Assembly (NCBI GenBank): GCA_036960485.1
Contig: JBALXS010000016.1
Coordinates: forward strand, 634-64,633
Reading direction: 5' to 3'
DNA length: 64,000 nt
From: Oceanospirillaceae bacterium
GTDB lineage: Bacteria; Pseudomonadota; Gammaproteobacteria; Pseudomonadales; Balneatricaceae
Part shown: positions 18,275-28,420 of the stretch, piece by piece
Numbering within the stretch: the stretch's first letter is position 1
Layout: the number at the start of each line of letters is the position of its first letter
Made by a program: the position numbers and the translations under genes
The notes under the pieces: model-generated
Seen by the model: the letters and a program-made list of their open reading frames with translations, nothing else
The model's database searches: none
What the model was told of the DNA's origin: nothing

Positions 18275-20659
18275 TTATTGCGTTAAGTAAATAGCTGCGC
18301 TTTGCGCCGCTGGTTTAAGTTGTGCCTGAGCGACTATCTGGCTATCCAAATATCCTGCACAACGCAGCTTTTCTATACACTGTTGAGCTTGAGCAGGTTC
18401 TACCCAAGCTAATAATCCGCCACTTGTTTGTGGATCGAATAACAGTGGGTATAATGGTGATAGCAAGAGTGCAGAGCTTTGTTCTACAAAATGGCGCGCT
18501 TCAATATTTTTTTCTAATAAAGTGCTGCTAACACCTTGTTCGGATAATGCAAGAGCACCTGCCAATACGGGAATTTTAGATATATCTAGTTGGCATTGAA
18601 GGTCGCTATTTCTGAGCATTTCCAGTAAATGACCAATTAGGCCAAAGCCTGTTAAATCAGTCATCGTTGTACAGTGAAATTGTTGTAAAATCGTGCTGGC
18701 TAATTGATTGCTTTGCAGCATGGTATCTAAACAGTTTTGAACGTCTCTACCCTGCGCCTTAAATTGCATATGCCCCGCCATGATAACGCCAGTACCTATC
18801 GGTTTGGTAACTATTAACTGTTGTCCTGCGCTCACACCAGATTTAGTTTTAAGGTTGTTAGGGTTAATTAAACCATTAACGGTTAGCCCTAAACTAAGCT
18901 CAGATGCTTCGCTTGTGTGTCCGCCAATAAGGGCGCATTGGGCTTGATTAAGCGTTTCAATAATTCCATATGTAAGTTGGTATAGCTCTCGTTTTTGAAT
19001 AGTACTAGCTGCATAAGGCATAGCAACTAGAGAGAGTGCAGATTGTGCTTCACTGCCCATTGCAAATAAATCGCTTAAAGCGTGATTGGTTGCAATTTTG
19101 GCGAACTGATAAGGGTCATCGATAATGCTGCGAAATTGGTCAACACTTTGTGCTATGGCTTGGTGAGCAGGGTCTATCACTGCCGCGTCATCAGGAGACT
19201 CAAGGCCAATCAAGACGTCGCAACGGCGTTGGATAGGAATGTCGGTTGTAACCCGTGTGAGGGTTTCGCTTAATATTGAACTGGCAACTTTAGCTCCACA
19301 TCCTCCACAGCGCATGATGTCTATATTGTCGGTGGTGTTTTTCTTTAACTGTGCTAAAAACTGCTGATCACTAGCAGCATCACTCTCTTTGGTTAAAACT
19401 GGATCGCATTGTGTGAATAGCATAGTGCCTTTTGCTGGCAATTTTTTGAGCATGTCCATAAATTTTTGATCGATATGGTTTTTCCATTGCCAAACCCAGT
19501 TTCCGCTAATAGAAAAAGGCCCTTTGCTGGCTATCGCGTATTTATTACCTGTGGCTAATAAGCTTAAAAAACTATGTTGTGGTCGGTGAGTGAGCAATGG
19601 TTTTTGTAACACAGCGCGACACAAATTTTTAAATAAAACAGGTCCTTGTCGAACGGCAAAAACGCCTGCTTTTGGCCGAGGTGAATTAATTTGCGTTGCG
19701 ACATCGCCTGCAGCAAACACATCGCTGTGGGAAAGAGATTGTAGTTGGTCGTTGATGGCAATGAAGCCTTGTTTATCAAGCGAAAGCCCAGCTAAGCCTG
19801 GCCAGCTTGCAGCGCTTGCTGCTGTGCACCAAATAACTTGATCAACTACGAGTGATTTTTCGCTGTTGCTATTCAACATAGCTGAACTGCTATTATCTTC
19901 TGCTATAAGCTGCTGTGCGGTAACTTGCTTTACCACAAAATTAAAATGCACTGTAATTCCCAGCGCTTCACAGTGTTTCAAAGCTTGTTTTTGCACTGAG
20001 CTGTTATGGTTAGTTAGTACTTTGTCTCCAGAAACAATCCAATGAAATTGGTGCTTTAAATTATGGTTGTACTCGCCATCTTCAGTATTTTCAAAACTGC
20101 TACTGCAACTACTTTTGACTGTTTTATGCCAGGCATGGTGCATTGCTAAAATTAATTCGAAACCACCTGCACCAGCACCAACTAAGGCAATGTTCAATGG
20201 CTTTTGTGCGTTTTGCATGCTTTGCTGTAGCTGTAGCCATTTTTGATAAAACTGGGCAATAGGCTTTACGCCAGTGGCAAATTGAGCAGCACCGGGTGTT
20301 TTATGGATGTTGGGTGTCGATCCTGTATTAATAGAAACAATATCATAGTCAACACTTGGTCGATTTAATAACGATATCCTTTTTTGTACTGGATCAAAAC
20401 CTGTAACATCTGCTTTAAGAAAGCGTACGCCAGCCCAAGCGCACAGCTTGAATAAATCAATATGAGTTTCGTCAAAATGGTAATGGCCGCTAACTAATCC
20501 AGGTAACATACCGGAATAGGGTGTATCAACGGCATTGGATATGAGTGTGAGACGAACACCAGCAACAGGTTTCATTCCCCACATTTTAATCACAATTGCA
20601 TGAGAGTGGCCGCCGCCGATTAGTACTATGTCTTGGTATTTAATATCGCTTGATAGCAT
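18275..20659 (-). CDS. selD: Selenide,water dikinase fused to an N-terminal FAD-dependent pyridine nucleotide-disulfide oxidoreductase domain
   Basis: N-terminal LIGGGHSH and VGAGAGG, FAAGD motifs; C-terminal MRCGGCGAK, DDAA, NHALSDLFAMG, GGHTSE, TDLTGFGL, DPQTSGGLL. Confidence 0.94.
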   Translation of the reverse strand: MLSSDIKYQDIVLIGGGHSHAIVIKMWGMKPVAGVRLTLISNAVDTPYSGMLPGLVSGHYHFDETHIDLFKLCAWAGVRFLKADVTGFDPVQKRISLLNRPSVDYDIVSINTGSTPNIHKTPGAAQFATGVKPIAQFYQKWLQLQQSMQNAQKPLNIALVGAGAGGFELILAMHHAWHKTVKSSCSSSFENTEDGEYNHNLKHQFHWIVSGDKVLTNHNSSVQKQALKHCEALGITVHFNFVVKQVTAQQLIAEDNSSSAMLNSNSEKSLVVDQVIWCTAASAASWPGLAGLSLDKQGFIAINDQLQSLSHSDVFAAGDVATQINSPRPKAGVFAVRQGPVLFKNLCRAVLQKPLLTHRPQHSFLSLLATGNKYAIASKGPFSISGNWVWQWKNHIDQKFMDMLKKLPAKGTMLFTQCDPVLTKESDAASDQQFLAQLKKNTTDNIDIMRCGGCGAKVASSILSETLTRVTTDIPIQRRCDVLIGLESPDDAAVIDPAHQAIAQSVDQFRSIIDDPYQFAKIATNHALSDLFAMGSEAQSALSLVAMPYAASTIQKRELYQLTYGIIETLNQAQCALIGGHTSEASELSLGLTVNGLINPNNLKTKSGVSAGQQLIVTKPIGTGVIMAGHMQFKAQGRDVQNCLDTMLQSNQLASTILQQFHCTTMTDLTGFGLIGHLLEMLRNSDLQCQLDISKIPVLAGALALSEQGVSSTLLEKNIEARHFVEQSSALLLSPLYPLLFDPQTSGGLLAWVEPAQAQQCIEKLRCAGYLDSQIVAQAQLKPAAQSAAIYLTQ

Positions 20660-20739
20660 AAAAATCTACTGGTTTTAAGTTGAGATTTTTGCATGAATAA
20701 CCCAAAGGTTATGCTGCTCTGTTAAGCAAAAATCTAAAG

Positions 20740-21834
20740 TTAATTTGCTTGCTGAATGTATTGTTGGATCTGTTCATCATTGCCACTAAAAATGCAGCTG
20801 TTTTGTTTTTTTGTAAGTTGATAGTCGTACATCGGATCGTAATACTGGGTTAATACTAGTTCAATAAAGTCCCGATATTGCGCTGTGCTGTTTTGATTTT
20901 GGTGCGCGCTAATGCCTTTTTCTAGCAATTCACAAGCTACTATATATCGTTCTTGGCCAAGGCGTTTGCGGATCTTAAACAAGCTTTGTCGATGGCGATT
21001 AGCCAATAACTGTATTGCTGCATCAGGCTCTAAGGTTTGTAGGTAAGTATTCATCAAAGAGATGATGTAATCTTCTACTGCAAAATCGATGCGTTGCTCA
21101 AGTGGAGTTTCAAGAGTGATGTGATTCAACGTTTCCATTTTAGCTTTAAGAGATATAGGCAGAGTGAGAGAGCCTATTAAACGACCTTCATCTTCTAAAA
21201 AAACGGTTTTATTGGGTGATTGCTGATAGCGTTGTTTTAACAATTGACTAGAAACAGCATTCTCAAAATCAATTTGGCTAGGTTGGTTATTTACTGCAGC
21301 ACCAAAGCTTGAGCCGCGATGGTTAGCTAGTCCTTCTAGATCAATAGTGTTAGTTAGCTGGGTGAGTAAACGCGTTTTACCACAACCAGTTCTGCCACTG
21401 ATTAGCATCATGGGCAATTGCGCTATGCTGTTTTCTAGTTCATCGATAAGAAAGCGGCGCATTGCTTTGTAGCCACCTTCAATAAAAGGAAAATCTACAC
21501 CTGATTCTTGTAACCATTGCTGGCTTATTCTTGAGCGTAGGCCGCCACGAAAACAATATAAATAACCCGCTGGATTTTCTTTACAGAAGCTTAGCCATTT
21601 TTGAGTGCGCTGAGTTTGTAATTGAGGAGTGACTAATTTTCTACCTAAGGCTATTGCTTGTTCCTGCCCGAATTCTTTATAGCAAGTGCCAACTAATGCT
21701 CTTTCTTTATCATCCATCAAAGGGAGATTAATGGCATTGTTGATGCTTCCTTTGACATGCTCAATGGGAGCTCTGACATCAAATAGTGGAGTGTCGTTTA
21801 AAATGATTGATAGATAGTCGCAGCTGCTGTTCAT
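20740..21834 (-). CDS. mnmH: tRNA 2-selenouridine synthase (SelU/YbbB)
   Basis: Rhodanese DVRAP and YCFRGGLRS; P-loop GRTGCGKT; DLEGLANHRGSSFG; YYDPMY; adjacent to selD. Confidence 0.95.
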   Translation of the reverse strand: MNSSCDYLSIILNDTPLFDVRAPIEHVKGSINNAINLPLMDDKERALVGTCYKEFGQEQAIALGRKLVTPQLQTQRTQKWLSFCKENPAGYLYCFRGGLRSRISQQWLQESGVDFPFIEGGYKAMRRFLIDELENSIAQLPMMLISGRTGCGKTRLLTQLTNTIDLEGLANHRGSSFGAAVNNQPSQIDFENAVSSQLLKQRYQQSPNKTVFLEDEGRLIGSLTLPISLKAKMETLNHITLETPLEQRIDFAVEDYIISLMNTYLQTLEPDAAIQLLANRHRQSLFKIRKRLGQERYIVACELLEKGISAHQNQNSTAQYRDFIELVLTQYYDPMYDYQLTKKQNSCIFSGNDEQIQQYIQQAN

Positions 21835-22052
21835 TTAAATGCCTTAAGAAGAAGTTCTTAAAAAATTACAGATAGGTAAGTGCTCGATACTGTACCTGAT
21901 CTGATGGCTAATCCCTAGTAACTAGTCTGTTGAGTTTTAATTAAATATTGATTTAAGTCGCTTTAGTGTACGTTAGTGATAAGAACTCGCTAACTAGTGT
22001 TCATCCAAAAACGAATCTCTACCTCGAGCACTTCACTGGCACAATCTACTCA

Positions 22053-22100
22053 CCACTAAATATAGTTGTTTGGAATAACCAAAGGCACCATATTTAGTAG
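22053..22100. promoter_or_regulatory. Tandem NrdR-box-like sites, 32-bp spacing
   Basis: CCACTAAATATAGTTG (22053-22068) and GCACCATATTTAGTAG (22085-22100) fit acaCwAtATaTwGtg. Confidence 0.55.
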
Positions 22101-22244
22101 TGCCTATCTTGAATTATTGAGTTGCTCTAGCTAGAGCTCTGTTTCAAGCTGCACACTAAGTAGTTTGATTGGTAGCATTTGTGCTTGGCATTTATAGGTA
22201 GCTTTGCTCTAATGCTCATCTTTATCTAAACTCAGGGTTTAACC

Positions 22245-22499
22245 ATGTATACAGAAGAAGATGTAAGACGCTTAACGTGGCAGAGCCGTCGCGGCATGTT
22301 AGAGTTAGATGTGCTATTTGTACCTTTTATGAAAGAAGCCTTTAGAGATTTAACCGACGAAGATAAGGATGTTTTTGTGAAACTGTTGGCCTGTGAAGAT
22401 CAAGATTTATTCGTATGGCTAATGCGAAGAGGTAAAGCAGATGATCCACAACTGCAGTATATGGTGGAACTTATTTTGAAGCGTGTTCAGCCCACTTAA
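22245..22499 (+). CDS. sdhE: Succinate dehydrogenase assembly factor 2 (FAD assembly factor)
   Basis: WQSRRGMLELD signature; CEDQDLFVWL. Confidence 0.95.
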   Translation: MYTEEDVRRLTWQSRRGMLELDVLFVPFMKEAFRDLTDEDKDVFVKLLACEDQDLFVWLMRRGKADDPQLQYMVELILKRVQPT

Positions 22500-22902
22500 T
22501 ATTATTATTATGCCTTCGCGATCCAAGCGAAGGCTGTATATTGCCATTCATTTACTGTCTGTAATGTGCATTATTGCAACGCGTTTAACTGCAGATTGGC
22601 AGCTGTTTTTTATTTCTTTGATCGTCTTTAGTGCGCTGTATGAATATAAATATAAGCAACCAAGAGTTGCATTACACTGGGATTTGATCAGCCGTAAAGT
22701 GAATGTGGCAATCAATGCGGGACCTTTGCAGCAAACTTTAGGGGTAGTTAAAGTTCATTTGATCTTTGGAGTGCTGTTATTACAGATAAAAAGAGCAGCA
22801 AAAAGTGATTTGAAATTGCTTATTTTCAAAGATAGCGTAGATGAGAACAGTTATCGAAGGTTGCGCGTGGCGGCACGATGGGCAAGTCTAAAAGAAGAAT
22901 AG
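22483..22902 (+). CDS. ygfX: YgfX/CptA-family membrane protein
   Basis: Overlaps sdhE; two N-terminal TM segments; C-terminal DS...YRRLRV motif. Confidence 0.75.
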   Translation: MFSPLNIIIMPSRSKRRLYIAIHLLSVMCIIATRLTADWQLFFISLIVFSALYEYKYKQPRVALHWDLISRKVNVAINAGPLQQTLGVVKVHLIFGVLLLQIKRAAKSDLKLLIFKDSVDENSYRRLRVAARWASLKEE

Positions 22903-23014
22903 TGGTAACTAAGGGGGTGGTGTTAAACTTGCAGTTGTGGTTTGGCGCTGTCTAAAATAACAAGCACTAAACTTATATGACTTATTGCGCTGCTAATTTC
23001 TTCCCAATTTTGAA

Positions 23015-24478
23015 TTGGATTTTATGCAAATATTTGAAACATTGGTTCAATGGGCTACCATCCACTGGGTAACCATTATAGTTATTTTTCATATTAGCTT
23101 ATCCCTACTGGCATCGGTACATGTACTTCTGTACAAAGAAAACGAACGAACATCGCTAGCTTGGATTGGCCTGGTTATATTTTCGCCCGTTGTAGGGAGT
23201 TTGTTTTATTGGTTGTTTGGAATAAATCGCATCAGGCGTTTAGCTCAAAAAAAGCACCCTCGAACACTTAAACAAGATTTTCGTCACCAAGAAACAGCTA
23301 TTAAATACTATCATCTACCTAAAAATTGGCAATCAGCAATTATCGCTGGACATACAATCAATCCCGTTAATTACGTTTCACGGAACAGTGTTGAACCGCT
23401 TCTAAATGGAGATGTGGCCTACCCAGCAATGATTCAATCCATTCATTGTGCTAAGCGTTATATCGTTTTATCGAGCTATATATTTGATTGTGATTCACTT
23501 GGGCTCCAGTTTATTAGCGCGTTAGCCCAAGCACATCAGCGAGGTGTTATTGTGAATGTTTTACTGGACGGCATTGGCATCGGATATAGCTGGCACAAAT
23601 CAGACCGAGCTTTAAAAAAACTAGGGGTAAAAACTGCTTATTTTTTACCTGCAAATTCACTTACCAACATTCGCTTTATTAACTTAAGGAACCACAGGAA
23701 AATACTTTGTGTGGATGGTGATGTTGCTTACATCGGCGGAATGAATGTAAGCAAAAATAATGTGGTTAAATCTGCGGTACGCCCCATTGATGACATTCAA
23801 TTTAAAGTAACAGGCCCTGTAATTGACCAGATTAGTCAGGTGTTTATAGAGGATTGGTTCTTTGCTACAGGTGAATTAATTGACTTTCCTCACTATCAGC
23901 CAAATACTTCGACGCAAACAAGCAATAAAACTGTTGTTGCCCGAGTTATTCAAGATGGCCCAGATGAACATCACAATAGAATACGCTGGACATTGATTAA
24001 TGCATTAGCTTGCGCGCAAAGCTGCGTAAAAATCATGACCCCCTATTTTATTCCAGATCAAATATTAATGACAGCTCTCCACGCAGCGGCATTGCGTGGT
24101 GTGTCGATCGAAATTATTATTCCTGAGCACAGTGATATTCCTTTCGTGGATTGGGTGGTGAAAGCGAATTTCTCTAGAATAATAGAGCACGGTGTACAGA
24201 TCTATAAAAATAAAAGACCTTTTGATCACAGCAAAATTGTTATTATTGATAATATATGGTCATTTATAGGCTCAAGTAACTGGGATGCCAGAAGTTTAGA
24301 GTTTAATTTTGAGATCAATTTAGAATGTTTCGATAGCAACCTCAATGCAGAGCTAACAGAGTTGTTTTCCGTGAAAAAACAAAATTCTACACCCGTTATT
24401 GCGGATGATATTAATGATTTGCCCATCTACAAAAAGATTCGCAACAATTTGTTTCGTTTATTTTCGTCATATCTATAA
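23015..24478 (+). CDS. cls: Cardiolipin synthase (PLD family); alternative start 23024
   Basis: N-terminal TM pair with AWI; two HKD motifs, HRKILCVDG and HSKIVIIDN...GSSNWD. Confidence 0.92.
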   Translation: MDFMQIFETLVQWATIHWVTIIVIFHISLSLLASVHVLLYKENERTSLAWIGLVIFSPVVGSLFYWLFGINRIRRLAQKKHPRTLKQDFRHQETAIKYYHLPKNWQSAIIAGHTINPVNYVSRNSVEPLLNGDVAYPAMIQSIHCAKRYIVLSSYIFDCDSLGLQFISALAQAHQRGVIVNVLLDGIGIGYSWHKSDRALKKLGVKTAYFLPANSLTNIRFINLRNHRKILCVDGDVAYIGGMNVSKNNVVKSAVRPIDDIQFKVTGPVIDQISQVFIEDWFFATGELIDFPHYQPNTSTQTSNKTVVARVIQDGPDEHHNRIRWTLINALACAQSCVKIMTPYFIPDQILMTALHAAALRGVSIEIIIPEHSDIPFVDWVVKANFSRIIEHGVQIYKNKRPFDHSKIVIIDNIWSFIGSSNWDARSLEFNFEINLECFDSNLNAELTELFSVKKQNSTPVIADDINDLPIYKKIRNNLFRLFSSYL

Positions 24479-25163
24479 TGCTGATCGTAAATTAATGCAG
24501 CTTACTGTTAAAATCTTGATTAAAGGTTTCTCTTTTCATGATTAAAAAACGCTTTAGTCCAGTTGAATCTCTAACCATAATGGGTACTGCTTCGAAACAG
24601 TTGATGGGGCCCAATATCGAAATATTACTGTGGAATGTTTTTAAATGGGTGAAGAACGAGAATGGGTGAATCTGGGCATTTAACTTATAATCTTTCTCTT
24701 CAGTATTTATTGATTTATCTTTTGTAGTGCCTAGTCGTGAGGGCGTTGCGTCAATACTTTTCTTTATCAATATTTACTATTTCAGAAGTGTTTAGATGTA
24801 ATCAATTTGATTCCAGTTCATTTGTATCAAACAGAAAGCTCTTTAATATTATCTTTTTACTTGTTCTGCGTAAAAATATGCAAGTTACATCGAGCTGCGA
24901 AAATCCTCAAGAATGCTATGACTAGGTGATTTAACATGAGCATATTTAGACAATTGATTGCTCGCAGTCCTCCTGTGAGCCCGACAACTTACAAAATATA
25001 GCCCTGTATCAGCAAGTATTATTGCTAGAATTCTTACCAATATCCATAAAGGTAATTAGATAGTTTTCGAACAGCTTTTCAAAAAATTAAAATTAAATCT
25101 TTTAACAGTATTTCAATCAAATTGACGATGGGAATTATTACTTTTGTTGCAAAACGCGTTTTG

Positions 25164-25294
25164 GAATTTAACGCTGTACTGCTGAATCTAATTAATTGAA
25201 GTACAAGTTCATGGGATAACAGTCTAAAGGAGCGATTGATAGAAGTTTAAAAACATTGTGGACACTAGCAACGGCTAATTGGGGCCGAGCTTTT
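25164..25294 (+). ncRNA. Candidate sigmaE-dependent small RNA (promoter plus terminator, no ORF)
   Basis: GAATTT-N17-TCTAA at 25164-25191; hairpin AGC-AA-CGGC-TAATTGGG-GCCG-A-GCT followed by T-run at 25267-25294. Confidence 0.3.
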
Positions 25295-25313
25295 AGGATA
25301 AATAGTATAAAAA

Positions 25314-26924
25314 CTAGTTAATATTATGCTGTGGCCACTGGTAATTAATTGGGGTTAGAATGGTGTCTCTTGCCTGTGGTGCAAGTTCAGGGTAATCCAA
25401 AGTGAAGTGCAGTCCACGGCTTTCTTTACGTGACATTGCTGATTTTATAATGAGTTCAGCAACTAAGGCTAAGTTACGTAGTTCTAATAAATCTTTGCTG
25501 ATTTTGTAATTACTATAATATTCTGCTATTTCTCCTTGTAGTAAATCAGAACGATGTTTTGCTCGTTGTAAACGTTTGTCCGTTCTTACAATTCCCACGT
25601 AATCCCACATAAAACGGCGTAATTCATCCCAATTGTGGGCAATAATAACATCTTCATCTGAATCAGTGACCTGGGATTCATCCCAAGAAGGAATGTGCAC
25701 AAAATCGACAGGAGCGCTTAGTTTAGCTTTAATGTCATTAGCGCAAGCTGAAGCAAAAACGATGCATTCTAATAAAGAGTTAGAAGCTAATCTGTTAGCG
25801 CCGTGTAAGCCTGTGAAAGCGGTTTCACCTATTGCATATAGGCCGTTTAAGTCGGTATTGCCGTTGATGTCACTCATTACACCACCACAAGTGTAATGTG
25901 CAGCGGGAACAATAGGGATTGCTTGATGGCAAATGTCTATTCCTAGCTCATTGCAACGCTTATGAATATTGGGAAAATGGTTTTTAATAAAAGCATCATC
26001 TCGATGTGAAATATCAAGATATAAACAATCAGCACCTAGGCGTTTCATTTCATGGTCAATGGCCCTGGCAACGATGTCGCGAGGTGCAAGCTCAGCTCTA
26101 TCATCGAATTTATGCATGAATGAGCTGCCATCTGGTAAGCGCAGCTTTCCGCCTTCGCCGCGCACCGCTTCACTAATTAAAAAAGATTTAGCTTGAGGGT
26201 GATAGAGGCAAGTTGGATGAAATTGGTTGAATTCTAAATTTGCTACTCTGCAGCCTGAGCGCCAAGCCATCGCAATCCCATCCCCACTAGCACCATCGGA
26301 ATTACTAGTGTACAGATAAGATTTAGAAGCTCCACCGGTGGCTAATATGGTTTGTTTAGCTTTAAAAACATTGATTTCACCCGTTTTGCTATCAAGTACG
26401 TAGGCGCCTAGGCACTTATCGCCGGCTAAACCCATTTTAGTGGTGGTGATTAAATCAATCGCCATACTATGATCGAATAACTGAACAGAAGCTTCTTTTT
26501 TTACATTAGCTATCAGCGTTTTTAAAATAGCTTTGCCGGTAGAGTCTGCTGCATGGATGATTCGGCGATGACTATGACCACCTTCTTTGGTTAAATGCAA
26601 TTCACCGTTTTCGGTACTAAAAGGGACACCTTGATCAATCAGCCAGTCAATTGACTGGCGCCCATGTTCGACAGTTAAATTAACCGCATCGAAATGTGAA
26701 AGAAAGCTACCGGCGGTTAAAGTGTCTTCCGCATGGTTTTCTGCTACATCTGCTTTATCCACGACAGCAGCAACACCACCCTGAGCGAGCCAAGTAGAAC
26801 CGCTAGTTAGGTCTCCTTTACTTAGAACGGCAATGTTTGCGAAAGGAGCTAGTTTTAAAGCTAAGGTTAAGCCTGCAGCACCACTGCCTATAATCAAGAT
26901 GTCAAATTCAAACTGGGATTTCAT
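25314..26924 (-). CDS. nadB: L-aspartate oxidase
   Basis: IIGSGAAG, AQGGVA, EGGHSHRRIIHA, QFHPT, HGANRLASNSLLE; divergent from rpoE. Confidence 0.97.
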   Translation of the reverse strand: MKSQFEFDILIIGSGAAGLTLALKLAPFANIAVLSKGDLTSGSTWLAQGGVAAVVDKADVAENHAEDTLTAGSFLSHFDAVNLTVEHGRQSIDWLIDQGVPFSTENGELHLTKEGGHSHRRIIHAADSTGKAILKTLIANVKKEASVQLFDHSMAIDLITTTKMGLAGDKCLGAYVLDSKTGEINVFKAKQTILATGGASKSYLYTSNSDGASGDGIAMAWRSGCRVANLEFNQFHPTCLYHPQAKSFLISEAVRGEGGKLRLPDGSSFMHKFDDRAELAPRDIVARAIDHEMKRLGADCLYLDISHRDDAFIKNHFPNIHKRCNELGIDICHQAIPIVPAAHYTCGGVMSDINGNTDLNGLYAIGETAFTGLHGANRLASNSLLECIVFASACANDIKAKLSAPVDFVHIPSWDESQVTDSDEDVIIAHNWDELRRFMWDYVGIVRTDKRLQRAKHRSDLLQGEIAEYYSNYKISKDLLELRNLALVAELIIKSAMSRKESRGLHFTLDYPELAPQARDTILTPINYQWPQHNIN

Positions 26925-27258
26925 AACGGCCTAAATATTTCAAATGCTGAATGATGTTTAATTAGTAAAAGTATGCACGGATTTAACGACTTTAGCGCTT
27001 GAAAAGCTAGTGATAATTAGTGGTTTAGGTGTTTTTAAATATTGAAATTGATGAGTTGCAAATGACTGACTTTCAATCTGGGAAGATTTATGGGAACGAA
27101 ATTACAAACTTAAACCTAATGTTGTAGCTAAATTAGAGTTAAGGGCTAATTGCAATAAGAATGCTAATAACTGTTTAGTGGTTTAAATTTATTTTTTAAG
27201 TCGTTATTAGTAATTTACCAAGTTAAACATTTAATTTATGAAAAAAATATTAAAATTG

Positions 27259-27285
27259 GAACTAATCGAACAACCTTCACTCATA
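27259..27285 (+). promoter_or_regulatory. SigmaE-type autoregulatory promoter of rpoE
   Basis: GAACTA-N16-TCATA, with CAC directly before the -10 as recalled for E. coli rpoEp2 (GAACTT-N16-TCTAA). Confidence 0.6.
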
Positions 27286-27566
27286 TTAACAGTAATAGCA
27301 TATAGGTTTGTGAAATATAACTGATTTACTATGTGTAACTTGTTTGAAAAATGTAAATGATGCATTTGAAATCATTAAAAAATAAGTAAGCAAAAAAGTA
27401 AGTGATAAAGAAGAAACAAAGAGCAACAATACAACGCAGTTCTGGTTAATTAACAAAATGTATTGGGTGACTTGGATGTTAAAAAAATGAGCTTGCGTAC
27501 AAGGTTTGCAGGTTTTTATTTTTTTGCACTGGGTATGGTAAAAGTATTAAAAAGTAAGGGTTTCTA

Positions 27567-28151
27567 GTGTCTGGCGAGCAAAATGCTGAAATAGATAAGC
27601 AGTTAGTTAAAAGAGTACAAGAGGGCGATAAACGAGCATTTGATTTGTTAGTCGCTAAATATCAACACAAGATAATTGCACTGATAGGGCGCTACGTATA
27701 CGACCAAGATGAAGCGCTAGATATATCCCAAGAAGCTTTTATTAAAGCATATAGAGCATTGCCTAGATTTAGAGGTGATAGTGCTTTTTATACTTGGCTT
27801 TATCGAATAGCCATTAATACAGCAAAAAACCACTTGGTATCTAGAGGAAGAAGACCTCCTGACGTCGACATTGATGTTAGTGATGCGCAATATTTTGAAG
27901 GCGAAAACAAACTACATGATTTAGGGAGCCCTGAAAGTAACTTAATTAGGGGAGAGATTGATCAAGTGATAAAAACGGTTCTTGATCAATTGCCTGTTGA
28001 TTTAAGGGTAGCACTTACTCTGCGTGAATATGAAGATATGAGTTATGAAGATATCTCCATAATTATGGATTGCCCTGTCGGGACAGTTAGATCAAGAATA
28101 TTTAGAGCTAGAGAAGCGATAGATAAAGAAGTATCACCTTTTCTAAAGTAA
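27567..28151 (+). CDS. rpoE: ECF sigma factor RpoE/AlgU
   Basis: DKQLVKRVQEGDKRAFDLLV, FRGDSAFYTWLYRIAINTAKN, CPVGTVRSRIFRARE. Confidence 0.97.
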   Translation: MSGEQNAEIDKQLVKRVQEGDKRAFDLLVAKYQHKIIALIGRYVYDQDEALDISQEAFIKAYRALPRFRGDSAFYTWLYRIAINTAKNHLVSRGRRPPDVDIDVSDAQYFEGENKLHDLGSPESNLIRGEIDQVIKTVLDQLPVDLRVALTLREYEDMSYEDISIIMDCPVGTVRSRIFRAREAIDKEVSPFLK

Positions 28152-28420
28152 ACGGAAAGTAAAAGGTATTAGTATCAAGCGTATATAGAGAATAGATAGG
28201 CGCTGAAGTGGTAAAAGATTTTTGGAATGTTGTGTTTGGAATAAGTAATTATTTGCAAGCTAGTAAGCGATAGAAGGCAAAGCAAAAAAACTAAGATTAT
28301 TAGTTTTTTATATTGAGTAAGTATACTTAATTAACTTTTTGTGATGCATTATTAAGCGAGTTAGAGTTGTAGAAGTTTCTTAAAGAATAAAAATGAATTT
28401 GTGTTAGGAGTGTCTGAATA

